64,000 nucleotides of DNA from Atopobiaceae bacterium. GTDB taxonomy: Bacteria > Actinomycetota > Coriobacteriia > Coriobacteriales > Atopobiaceae. Shown here piece after piece: positions 45,258 to 54,317 of this stretch. Both the position numbers and the translations under genes were made by a program. How positions within the stretch are numbered: position 1 is the stretch's first letter; each line of letters opens with the position of its first letter. Below the pieces are notes generated by a model that made no database searches, was not told where the DNA came from, and was given only the letters and a program-made list of their open reading frames with translations. Location of the stretch: contig JBMNMK010000002.1 of the NCBI GenBank assembly GCA_050953285.1, positions 1,120,844 through 1,184,843 on the forward strand, read 5' to 3'.

Positions 45258-46451
45258 TTACGCCTCAATGGTGCCAAATACCTGCTCTTTGCCCTCTTCA
45301 TCGAAGCTGATGATGAGTGAGGATTTGCTTGGGTCACCCGTGCCATTGAATTTGATATCACCGGTGACACCAGAGACGGTATTGCCTGCAATTGCCTCAA
45401 CAACCTTGTCAAAGAAATCTTTGTCAGAAGGCTTGGCGCCACCATCAAGTGCCGTCTTCATGCCCTCAGCCAAAACCATAGCTGCGTCATAGCCCAGCGC
45501 GCAGAAGTTGGTTGGGGTCTCGTTGTACTTGGCCTCATAGTCCTTCACGAACTTCTGGACCTTCTCATCATCATTGCTTGCCAAGAATGAGCAGCTGTAG
45601 TAGCAGTTCTGCAGGTCTTGAGCAGTTGCATAGCCGCCAGAAGCAATGTTGGACCAGCCGTCTACACCAAAGATGGGGCCGGTGTATCCCTGCTGGCGAG
45701 CCTGCGTGATGATCTTGCCATCGTCTGCGTAGTAGTTAGGAGCAAAGATGGCATCAACGTTGGCAGAGATGATGGTGGTGAGCTGCGTGTTGAAGTCCAC
45801 GTCACCCTCAGAGTAGCCCAGCTGCAAATTGTCCGGGACATCAATGCCATTTTCCTTGCAGCGCGCAACAAATGCCTGCTGAACACCGGTGGAGTAATCG
45901 TCGCCGGAGTTGTAGATGGAGCCAATGGACTTCCATCCCTGTTGCTGTGCAAAGTCCGCGATCTTCTCGCCCTGATATGGATCGGTGACGCAGGCGCGGA
46001 AGGTGTTGTTACCAAAAGAAACGACATCTGCGGCGGTTGCAGACGGGGTAACGCAGGGGACACCATCGTTCACTGATGCCTGTGCCACCGCGATAGAAGG
46101 CGTTGAAGTGACGTCGCCCACGATGCCCACGACACCATTTTCTACCAGCTTGTTGTAGACGTTGACCGCCTCGGTGGCATCGCCCTTCTCGTCTTGCTCA
46201 TCCAGCTCAACCGTGTAATCACCGATGGTGGGATTCTGCTCAAAGTAGAGGTCAGATCCGTTGCGACATGCCAAGCCGTATTGGGCAACCTGGCCGGAAT
46301 AAGGACCCATGACACCGATCTTGATGGTGTCGCTATCGGAGCCAGAGGAAGCGCTGCCATTGCCGCATCCGGCTAGAATCGACGCACCACCTACTCCTGC
46401 AGCGAGGCTTGAAAACTTGACAAAATTGCGCCTTGTTACGTTGCGAGCCAT
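45258..46451 (-). CDS. Branched-chain amino acid ABC transporter substrate-binding lipoprotein (LivJ/K-like)
   Basis: Signal peptide with a lipobox LAGC and a type-I periplasmic binding fold. The ATG at 46451 follows AAGGGGGAAG. Confidence 0.9.
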   Translation of the reverse strand: MARNVTRRNFVKFSSLAAGVGGASILAGCGNGSASSGSDSDTIKIGVMGPYSGQVAQYGLACRNGSDLYFEQNPTIGDYTVELDEQDEKGDATEAVNVYNKLVENGVVGIVGDVTSTPSIAVAQASVNDGVPCVTPSATAADVVSFGNNTFRACVTDPYQGEKIADFAQQQGWKSIGSIYNSGDDYSTGVQQAFVARCKENGIDVPDNLQLGYSEGDVDFNTQLTTIISANVDAIFAPNYYADDGKIITQARQQGYTGPIFGVDGWSNIASGGYATAQDLQNCYYSCSFLASNDDEKVQKFVKDYEAKYNETPTNFCALGYDAAMVLAEGMKTALDGGAKPSDKDFFDKVVEAIAGNTVSGVTGDIKFNGTGDPSKSSLIISFDEEGKEQVFGTIEA

Positions 46452-46668
46452 TTGCACTTCCCCCTTCACGGAAACGTGTTTTTTTGCATCCTTGTGCAAT
46501 GCATCTCTACTTTACGCACTCCGGGAGCACAGGGTGTCACTATTGGGCGCATGTTTTTATTGACGTAACAAAACATGTGCATAAAGCTGTTGAAATGTTT
46601 CGTAAATGTGACAAAGCGTGCATATTGTGTTGCGGTTAACACATTTTCAGGCGCACGCGTTTTTGGGC

Positions 46669-47211
46669 TTAGGCCGGGCGAGAAGCCCTGCGCGCTCGTG
46701 CTGCATGCCACAGGTGAGCCACCGCCAGACCCGCCAGCGCGCCACAAAAATCCAGCACAACGTCTGTTATCTGCCCACTTCTACCCGGCACAAAGAGCTG
46801 AAGCGTTTCGTCCAGAGAAGGGATGAGCAAAGCCACACACGCCCACACCGCGCACGAGCACCACGTATCCAAACCCGCAGCAGTGCCCGTACGCCAGCGC
46901 ACGCATGAAGCGATAGTCTGGCGCAGCAGCACGCCCATAACGGCATACTCCAAGAAATGGGCACATTTGCGCACCACATGGGTCATAACCTGTATGTCTG
47001 TCGTGTTGAAAAGCTCAAAGAGCGGCCGGACGATGTTCACAACCGCCAGGCTCTCTTGAGAGGATGCATCGCCTTGCACCAGGGAGTGTCCCCACATGAA
47101 CAATACCCATGCAAGAAAGACGAGCAGCCAGAGAAGAAATGGTCTCTGGCTGTTCTCTGAGCTCAGGTGCCCCTGAGCCCTCAGATGCTTGCTACGCGCA
47201 TGCCTATCCAC
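46669..47211 (-). CDS. VanZ-like family membrane protein
   Basis: KCAHFLEYAVMGVLL and DETLQLFVPGRSGQITDVVLD motifs. Confidence 0.7.
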   Translation of the reverse strand: MDRHARSKHLRAQGHLSSENSQRPFLLWLLVFLAWVLFMWGHSLVQGDASSQESLAVVNIVRPLFELFNTTDIQVMTHVVRKCAHFLEYAVMGVLLRQTIASCVRWRTGTAAGLDTWCSCAVWACVALLIPSLDETLQLFVPGRSGQITDVVLDFCGALAGLAVAHLWHAARARRASRPA

Positions 47212-48773
47212 TATGCCCGGCGCCTCTTAGAAGGATCCTTGAGATGCTTGGGCTTATAGGCGGACCGGCGCGCATCAGAAAGATCACTCGTGCCGCCATC
47301 AAGCACCCGAAGCCCCGCCCTGCGGCTGTCCGCCCTGCGATCGCTCCGCTCAGAGACATTGCGCTCAAGCTCTTCTTGCACCAGCTGATCTGCATGCTGA
47401 GAGACGCTGGCATCTTTTTGCTCCGCGGCAAGCACCGAGCCCGCAAGCTTGGAAGCCACCGCCGCAGGTATTACGCCCGTATCGTTTTCGTCTGATGTCC
47501 TCACGCTCATGTTGGGCATCTTGTCATCCATAGCGTTGAGCGCCTGCTCAAAGATGTCATTTTCTGCAACAGCACGCTCACGCCCAACATCTTCTGGCGC
47601 AGGCGCGTCCACCGGCGAGGCCACCTGAACCTTGCGCGGAACAAAGACGTTACGACGCTCGGTCGATGCAGAATGTCTGCCAGCGGGGCGAGAAGAACCT
47701 GCACCTGGCACGTTTTGCGCACCAGCCGCCGCCGGCATGGCGGGCGATAACACATCCGCCGATGCGGCGCCAAAACCTGGCAAGTCTTCTGCAAGCTCGT
47801 GCGCGCGTGCCTTGCGATACGCAGGGCCCTTCATGCGCGCGACAAATGCACGATCCACTTCTACCTCTGATGTTTCATCTACCGGCCTCATGCCCAAGCG
47901 TGCCGAATCCTCTGGAGAGGCTGCTCCTAAATGGGTGATGGAACCGCTGAGGGTGTTTTCCCACCATTTGGTGCCTACATCTCCCACGCTGCCATCTGCG
48001 CGCTGAATGACCGGCAAACCTTCCATGAAGAAATTGCTACCCATGCGCTCACTCAGAAGGGAACGCACACCCCGTGAACGGCGCCGCGCACGCTCTGCAT
48101 AGCTGCTGTGAACCGCTGTGCTGGCAGGGGTCTTGGCCTCGGCCGCTGCTGGAGCTTCTGCAGCCAGGTTCTTCTCGCCCGCACGCGGAGCATGACCTGA
48201 CCGTGAAGGACGCGCGGACTCTTGTGGCACAACCGGCTCTGTGTGCGCGGCAACGCTATAAGCTGGCGCAGCAGAGCTGGCGGGCATACCCGGGAAGCGC
48301 GGCAGGCGTGCATCCAAACTCTGAGCAGAAGGGCGCGAGGCGCTCACTGCGCGTGACACCTTAGGTGTGGACGCAGGCACCGGCCCAGGCTTGTGTGTTT
48401 CTTGCACCGCATGCGCACGTGACGGCTCGGACGCTGCCTTCTGCCCATGCTCATGGCCCAGCGCTGCCAGCTGTGCCCGCGCTTGCTGGGCGCTCTTTTC
48501 TGCACGTGCAATCTCGGCGCGAAGCAAGACGAGCTCATGCTCTGCCTCATTGCGCTCACGGTAAAAAAGATAGGCTCCCACCAGGCCAGATACGCATGCA
48601 CCCACCAGAGCTCCCAGCGCTACGTAGGCCACCGGTGAGCTCATGAGATCAGTTGCGTTTTGGATCGCGCCTAATGCCTGTGCATGTTCTGGCGCTGCCA
48701 GCGTAGCAGCCACCAAACCAGCACAGATGGCAGGGCATTTCTGAGCCTTGCTCATTGAGACACGCACCCCCAT
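47211..48773 (-). CDS. Hypothetical membrane-anchored, largely low-complexity (Ala/Pro/Ser/Arg-rich) protein
   Basis: It has a signal-like N-terminus, one TM (VAYVALGALVGACVSGLVGAYLFY) and a short coiled-coil. About 400 aa of low-complexity sequence follows. Its stop overlaps the vanZ start. Confidence 0.5.
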   Translation of the reverse strand: MGVRVSMSKAQKCPAICAGLVAATLAAPEHAQALGAIQNATDLMSSPVAYVALGALVGACVSGLVGAYLFYRERNEAEHELVLLRAEIARAEKSAQQARAQLAALGHEHGQKAASEPSRAHAVQETHKPGPVPASTPKVSRAVSASRPSAQSLDARLPRFPGMPASSAAPAYSVAAHTEPVVPQESARPSRSGHAPRAGEKNLAAEAPAAAEAKTPASTAVHSSYAERARRRSRGVRSLLSERMGSNFFMEGLPVIQRADGSVGDVGTKWWENTLSGSITHLGAASPEDSARLGMRPVDETSEVEVDRAFVARMKGPAYRKARAHELAEDLPGFGAASADVLSPAMPAAAGAQNVPGAGSSRPAGRHSASTERRNVFVPRKVQVASPVDAPAPEDVGRERAVAENDIFEQALNAMDDKMPNMSVRTSDENDTGVIPAAVASKLAGSVLAAEQKDASVSQHADQLVQEELERNVSERSDRRADSRRAGLRVLDGGTSDLSDARRSAYKPKHLKDPSKRRRA

Positions 48774-48899
48774 ACATATGTACTTACTTCGTTATCTCTG
48801 TGTATGACAATACCACCCAATGCGGCTTTTGCTCGCCACATTTATGGACACGCGCAATTCATGTATACCAAGCAACTCTCTGAAGCTGAGCTGAGAGCA

Positions 48900-48924
48900 G
48901 AAGAGCCGGGCAGCCCGGCTCTTC
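48900..48924 (-). terminator. Hairpin downstream of rho
   Basis: GAAGAGCCGGG-cag-CCCGGCTCTTC has a perfect 11-bp stem. There is no clear U-tract. Confidence 0.45.
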
Positions 48925-48952
48925 TCAACGTGTGATCGTGCGGTATGTGCGC

Positions 48953-51070
48953 TTACACATACTCTTGCTGCTGGGCTTTCTTTGCGCTTCTGATGAGGAA
49001 CTCCTCATTGTCTCTGGTTGCCTTGAGTCCCTTGACCAGAGCTGTTGCCGCACGTTCGGTGTTGTTCATGTTGGCAAGGATGCGACGCAGACCCCAGATA
49101 AATGGTGTGAACTGGGCATCTATGAGCAAATCCTCATTTCTTGTGCCTGAGGCCACCGGATCTATTGCCGGGAAGATGCGCTTATCGGCCAGCTCACGAT
49201 CCAGCTTGAGCTCCATGTTGCCCGTGCCCTTGAACTCCTCAAAGATGACCTCGTCCATCTTGGATCCGGTATCCACCAAGGCAGAGGCCAAAATGGTGAG
49301 CGAGCCACCATTTTCTATATTGCGTGCGGCGCCCAGGAACTTCTTAGGCGGATAGAGCGCGGCCGAGTCCACGCCACCGGACAGGATTCTGCCGCTTGCC
49401 GGAGCTGCAAGGTTGTATGCACGCGCAAGCCTTGTGATGGAGTCCAGGACCACCACGACGTCTTCACCCATCTCTACCAGGCGCTTTGCATGCTCAATGA
49501 CCAGCTCTGCAACGGCGGTATGGTTTGACGCAGGCATATCAAAGGTTGAAGCAATTACCTCGCCTTTGATGGAGCGCTGCATGTCCGTAACTTCCTCAGG
49601 GCGCTCATCGACCAGAAGGCAGAAAAGGTGTACCTCAGGGTTGTTGGCGGCAATGGATTGACAGATGTTTTTTAACACCGTCGTCTTACCTGCCTTAGGT
49701 GGCGAAACTATGAGGCCGCGCTGACCCTTGCCAATGGGCGCTACTAGGTCAATGGCACGCCCTGTAATGGAGTTCATGCCGTGTTCCATCACCAGGCGCT
49801 CGTGCGGATAGATAGGCGTCAGATCACGGAAACGCGGACGCTTGCGCGCCTCTTCCGGATCAACCCCGTTGATGGTCTCAATGCGGCCGAGGGGCGGAAA
49901 CTTATTGTTGGAGCGGCTTGGCGTCACGGTGCCTTTGATCTTGTCGCCCGTACGCAGGCGGAATTGACGAATCAGCTGCTGGTGGACAAAGGCGTCGTGC
50001 TCTCCCTGCATGTAATTGCCCGTGCGGAGAAAGCCATAGCCTTCGGCCTGAATGTCGAGCACGCCCTCAACCGGCCTAAACCCTTCTGCCAGCGCGGACG
50101 CCTCAAAAATGGCCTGAACCAGCTCCGCCTTGCGCATGCCCACGTAGTCTATCTCCAGATCGGCCGCCTTGCTCCTGAGCTCAGCAACCTTCATCTCCTC
50201 AAGCGCATCGGTCGTGAGACTAGGCTCGCTCACGCGCTCAGGCGACCTTCGGTTATTCCGGCGCCGGTTAGGCTGCTGCGCATTTTGCGCTGTGCGCGCC
50301 GGCCGCGTCTTGTGCTCACGCACGTGGCGGCGGCGATGCGTGCCCTCCCCTTGCGCGTCCTCGCCATCTTGTGCCTGCGCCTGTGCCTGCGCTGGGCGAG
50401 AAGAATCCTGCGCTCCAAGCTCTTTATCTGCACTGCCTGCCTGGGAGCTGTCCACTGCGCCCGCATGTGAACTTTCTGCTGCTGGCGCTACTGACGCTGC
50501 TGGCGCTGCAGTCACTTGCGCTGCAGGCACCTCATGCTGAGCCTCACGCACTTCCTGAGGTTGGGCCTCATGTGAGACGGACGTTGCACTATCTCCATCA
50601 TGAGCAGATGCATCCTCGGTCTTTGCCGCAGCGCTTGCGCGGCGTGTCCTGCGACGCGGCTTCTCTGCCGGCTCTGCCTCACTTTGCGCTACTGCGCGCG
50701 TGCGCGATGCGCGTGTGCGCACCGGACGGGCATCGGACTCTGCAGACGTTGCTGCGTCGTCCTGGGAAACATCACCATCAGACGTACGTGTGGAGCGCAC
50801 GGTTTTTGTCGCCCGCTTACGGGGCTTCTTCTCTTCCGCAGGCTCTGCAGCAGCATCATCAGGCAGGCTCAGCTGCGCTTGGGTGCCCCCCTCATCTGCC
50901 TTGCGGCGCCGCGTCCTCTTGGGCGCGGGAGCGAGTCCTTCAGTGGCATCTTCACTCACTTTTTTGCGCGTTCTTGTTTGTCTTTTGCGCGGCTTGGACG
51001 TCTCATCCGCCGCTTCATTTTTTGTAGTCTCTTGAGGTATCGACGCAACATCAGTCGAAGCTTCTACCAT
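48953..51070 (-). CDS. rho: Transcription termination factor Rho with a low-complexity N-terminal extension of about 300 aa
   Basis: The C-terminal two thirds are canonical Rho, with a Rho_N-like KVAELRSKAADL segment. It also has an RNA-binding domain and a P-loop SPPKAGKTT. The start is uncertain (ATG at 51070 or 51091; the ORF is open to 51187). Confidence 0.95.
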   Translation of the reverse strand: MVEASTDVASIPQETTKNEAADETSKPRKRQTRTRKKVSEDATEGLAPAPKRTRRRKADEGGTQAQLSLPDDAAAEPAEEKKPRKRATKTVRSTRTSDGDVSQDDAATSAESDARPVRTRASRTRAVAQSEAEPAEKPRRRTRRASAAAKTEDASAHDGDSATSVSHEAQPQEVREAQHEVPAAQVTAAPAASVAPAAESSHAGAVDSSQAGSADKELGAQDSSRPAQAQAQAQDGEDAQGEGTHRRRHVREHKTRPARTAQNAQQPNRRRNNRRSPERVSEPSLTTDALEEMKVAELRSKAADLEIDYVGMRKAELVQAIFEASALAEGFRPVEGVLDIQAEGYGFLRTGNYMQGEHDAFVHQQLIRQFRLRTGDKIKGTVTPSRSNNKFPPLGRIETINGVDPEEARKRPRFRDLTPIYPHERLVMEHGMNSITGRAIDLVAPIGKGQRGLIVSPPKAGKTTVLKNICQSIAANNPEVHLFCLLVDERPEEVTDMQRSIKGEVIASTFDMPASNHTAVAELVIEHAKRLVEMGEDVVVVLDSITRLARAYNLAAPASGRILSGGVDSAALYPPKKFLGAARNIENGGSLTILASALVDTGSKMDEVIFEEFKGTGNMELKLDRELADKRIFPAIDPVASGTRNEDLLIDAQFTPFIWGLRRILANMNNTERAATALVKGLKATRDNEEFLIRSAKKAQQQEYV

Positions 51071-51455
51071 CGAGCCAGCCCTTCTCGGCATAGAAATGTG
51101 AACACAAAAACAGATGAGCATATACGGTTGACCTGTGTATATGCGCTTGAACAAAGGGTGCCACGCGCCACGAGACGCATTGAGCAAATGTAGAACAAAG
51201 AAATATTCAATAAGTCAGGAGTAGTTTCTGACGGGCACATATGATAGCACCAATAAGCGCTTATGCGTCAACGGTTATGAGGAATTTTTCATACAAATTT
51301 TTCAGCGTGGCTGCTCGCCACACCAGCTCAGGGCTCATATGCCGCTGACTCACGCCGCAAGAAGCTGGTAAGCTATCCTTTTGTGTGCCCAGAATACAGA
51401 CAAGGACTCTTGCGAGCCCTTGTCAACAGAGGATGTTTTGCCGTGCTTTGTGCAC

Positions 51456-52148
51456 TTATGCAAGAGGATCTTGCTTCTTACGCGGCTTGCGGCGAACAAT
51501 GGTTTCCGCAATGGAATCTGCAATTTTTTCTGCATATACGACGCCATCTGCTGTCAGCCGCAAAGACGTCGACCGTCCCGCTAAACCACTATTCTTTTGA
51601 CGCTCAATCAGGTCTTCATCCACAAGACTGGATATAGACATTGATACGGTGGGCTGCAAAAGACCCAGCTTATCTACAATGCCAGATACTGAACTGGTGT
51701 ATTCACGTGAGCTGAGCAGCACCAACATGAGCATGTCACCAGCAGAAACAGGCACAGAGCCCATAGCGTCTGCGTAGCGGATGATGCGATCAGGGCTCGT
51801 GCGCGCCAATGCTTGCCCATTGGCAATGGACTCAGCGGTACGCTTTGCCAGAAGGCGTGCGCGATCCTTACCATCTTCTGTGACAAAACACACGATATTT
51901 CTGCGGTCATCTGCACCCTCTTGCCGGTCAATAAAACCATGCTTGGCCAGCAAATTCATACGGTGCGTAATGGTAGGACGCAGTGCCTTTTGATAGTCCG
52001 CAACCTCAGAGGTCTTAATGGGGGCGTCCAGCATGAAGAGATGGCACAGTATTGCAAAACATTCAAAGGTGAGCCGATCCGCTGGATCTGAGTTCTGACG
52101 GACCAAATTGTATGCTCGTCTAATTGAAATGAACTCTCTAAGCTCCAC
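51456..52148 (-). CDS. MarR-family transcriptional regulator with two tandem winged-helix modules
   Basis: The first module is LRPTITHRMNLLAKHGFIDRQEGADDRRNIV. The second is LLQPTVSMSISSLVDEDLIERQKN...SLRLTADG. At 230 aa it is longer than the usual 140-150 aa. Confidence 0.7.
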   Translation of the reverse strand: MELREFISIRRAYNLVRQNSDPADRLTFECFAILCHLFMLDAPIKTSEVADYQKALRPTITHRMNLLAKHGFIDRQEGADDRRNIVCFVTEDGKDRARLLAKRTAESIANGQALARTSPDRIIRYADAMGSVPVSAGDMLMLVLLSSREYTSSVSGIVDKLGLLQPTVSMSISSLVDEDLIERQKNSGLAGRSTSLRLTADGVVYAEKIADSIAETIVRRKPRKKQDPLA

Positions 52149-52347
52149 GAGCCCCTCCCTACTGTAGGGGTGCTAAAATACTACTTGTATAGTTAAATTT
52201 GATTATAAACACCCAAAAGAAATGTCTATATTATTCACAATGTAAACATAGAGTAATCTAAAAATATTAATGCAAATATGTTAATCCTTTCATACATCTG
52301 CAATCTGCGTTCAGATTAGTGCATCACCATATATTACCTGCTGACAA

Positions 52348-52379
52348 GAAAAAACTCCCGCAGATTGCGGGAGTTTTTT
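52348..52379. terminator. Intrinsic terminator after argS (A/T tracts on both sides)
   Basis: aaaaaaCTCCCGCagattGCGGGAGtttttt. Confidence 0.7.
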
Positions 52380-52432
52380 GTATGCATGAACATATACTTT
52401 TATTGTAAGTTCAATTTTGTAACTAAAAAGCC

Positions 52433-54277
52433 TTACATGGCACTTGGTGCACTTACGCCAATGAGTGAAAGGGTAAGTCCTAACACGATTCTCACCGCAT
52501 CGCACTCCGCCAGACGTGCATGGGACAGCTCGGCATCAATCTCATGACCTTCGCTGGGAAGCACCTGGCAGTGCTGGTAGAAGCTATGGAACTCCGCTGC
52601 AAGCTCCTCTGCATAGTGCGTCAACCTAAATGGAGCGCGATCACGTGCACATGCCTCCACCAGACCGGGGAACTCTGCAAGTTTTCTAGAGAGTGCAAGC
52701 TCAGAAGGATTGCTCAAGAGCGAGAGGTCATAGGTGTCGCCGGTAGCGCGCTTACCCACGGCATCCATCCCAAGCTCATCTGCTTCTTCTCGCCCAAGAC
52801 CTGCCGCTTTTCTGAGAATTGAGCAGATGCGGGCGTGTGCATACTGCACGTAGTAGACCGGATTGTCTGCAGACTTGAGCTTCACGGCCTCAATATCAAA
52901 ATCAATCATCTGATTTGAACTCTTGGAGATGAGCGTATAGCGGGTGGCATCTGGACCAACCTCTTTGAGCAGCTCATCAAAGGTGATCATGGTGCCCTTG
53001 CGCTTGCTCATGCGCACCGGCTTGCCATTGCGCAAAAGGTTTACCAGCTGGCCTAAGAGCACCTCAAACTCGCCTTTATAGCCCAGAGCGGCACAGGCAG
53101 AATCCACGCGCTTGATATAGCCGTGGTGGTCGGCACCCCAGATATCGATGACATGGTCGACACGCTGGAACTTGTTGTAGTGATAGGCAATGTCGGAAGC
53201 AAAATAGGTGTACTCACCGTTGGTCTTTACCAGCACGCGGTCCTTATCGTCCCCAAAATCTGTGGACCTAAACCACAGTGCGCCATCGTCAGTTTTGTAG
53301 AGATAGCCCTGCTCATCGAGCTTATCAAACGCACGATGCACCGCATCTTTGCCCTGATCGTCCACCTCATACAAGGAGCGCTCAGAAAACCACACGTCAA
53401 AGCTGCAGCGCGCCGCCTTGCAGGTCTCTTTGATAGAAGCCAGCATGGCCTTGTAGCCGCGCTCCCTAAAGTCATATGCGCGCGCCTGGGCGTCTTTGTC
53501 TACGTCCGTTGTGCCATCTTCTTGGGCAAAGCGGTAGGCAATATCTATGATGTAGTCTCCACCGTACGAGTTTTCACCCAGTGCCGCCATGAATTTGTCC
53601 TGGTAGGGATGGGTATAAGGAAACTTATCGTCCTCATCATCAACAAAGTGCTGGCGGTCAGCAATGAGGATCTTGTAGGCCTCATCAAGCGTTACCTGCT
53701 TATCTTTCATGATCTCACACAGCTGGAGATAGCGCTCAGAGATGGAGTTGCCAAAGACATCCATCTGGCTGCCGTGATCATTGATGTAATACTCGCGCTC
53801 AATGTTATAACCAGCGTGCTCCATCACACGGCACAAGGAGTCTCCCAGCGCAGCCCAGCGTCCGTGGCCAATGTGCATAGGGCCTACGGGGTTGGCGGAG
53901 ATGAACTCCACCTGGCACTTTTGCCCACCGCCAAACGTGGAGCGTCCAAAATCTTTGCCCTGCTCGCGCACCGTACGCACGACCTCGTTGTTGGATGCTG
54001 TGGAAAGATAGAAATTGATGAAGCCAGGACCGGCTATTTCCACCTTTTCTACCGCGGCGTCGCTATCAAGGTGTCCCACAATGGCCTCTGCAATAGCGCG
54101 CGGCGCCATGTGTGCAAGCTTTGCTGAGCGCATGGCAACCGTTGAGCTCCAGTCGCCGTGAGAGGTGTCTTGCGGACGCTCAAAGCCGAGGTCATCCACC
54201 TCAAATGCGGGTAAATCCCCGCTTTGTTGAGCAGCGCTTAGAGCTTGGCGGACAAGCTTCTCAAGTGTTGTGGGCAT
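52433..54277 (-). CDS. argS: Arginine--tRNA ligase
   Basis: HIGH-type motif PMHIGHGR and KMSKRKG (KMSK). Full-length similarity to ArgS. Confidence 0.95.
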   Translation of the reverse strand: MPTTLEKLVRQALSAAQQSGDLPAFEVDDLGFERPQDTSHGDWSSTVAMRSAKLAHMAPRAIAEAIVGHLDSDAAVEKVEIAGPGFINFYLSTASNNEVVRTVREQGKDFGRSTFGGGQKCQVEFISANPVGPMHIGHGRWAALGDSLCRVMEHAGYNIEREYYINDHGSQMDVFGNSISERYLQLCEIMKDKQVTLDEAYKILIADRQHFVDDEDDKFPYTHPYQDKFMAALGENSYGGDYIIDIAYRFAQEDGTTDVDKDAQARAYDFRERGYKAMLASIKETCKAARCSFDVWFSERSLYEVDDQGKDAVHRAFDKLDEQGYLYKTDDGALWFRSTDFGDDKDRVLVKTNGEYTYFASDIAYHYNKFQRVDHVIDIWGADHHGYIKRVDSACAALGYKGEFEVLLGQLVNLLRNGKPVRMSKRKGTMITFDELLKEVGPDATRYTLISKSSNQMIDFDIEAVKLKSADNPVYYVQYAHARICSILRKAAGLGREEADELGMDAVGKRATGDTYDLSLLSNPSELALSRKLAEFPGLVEACARDRAPFRLTHYAEELAAEFHSFYQHCQVLPSEGHEIDAELSHARLAECDAVRIVLGLTLSLIGVSAPSAM

Positions 54278-54317
54278 CTGTAAAAACTCCTTATATCAAA
54301 CCGAATCGTACGTGTGT

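Noticed and set aside
46575-47160. Several 60-96-aa ORFs around the vanZ gene and the liv promoter region.
   Set aside because: They overlap the VanZ-like ORF, which has recognisable motifs, or they lie in the promoter region. They lack RBSs and any domains.
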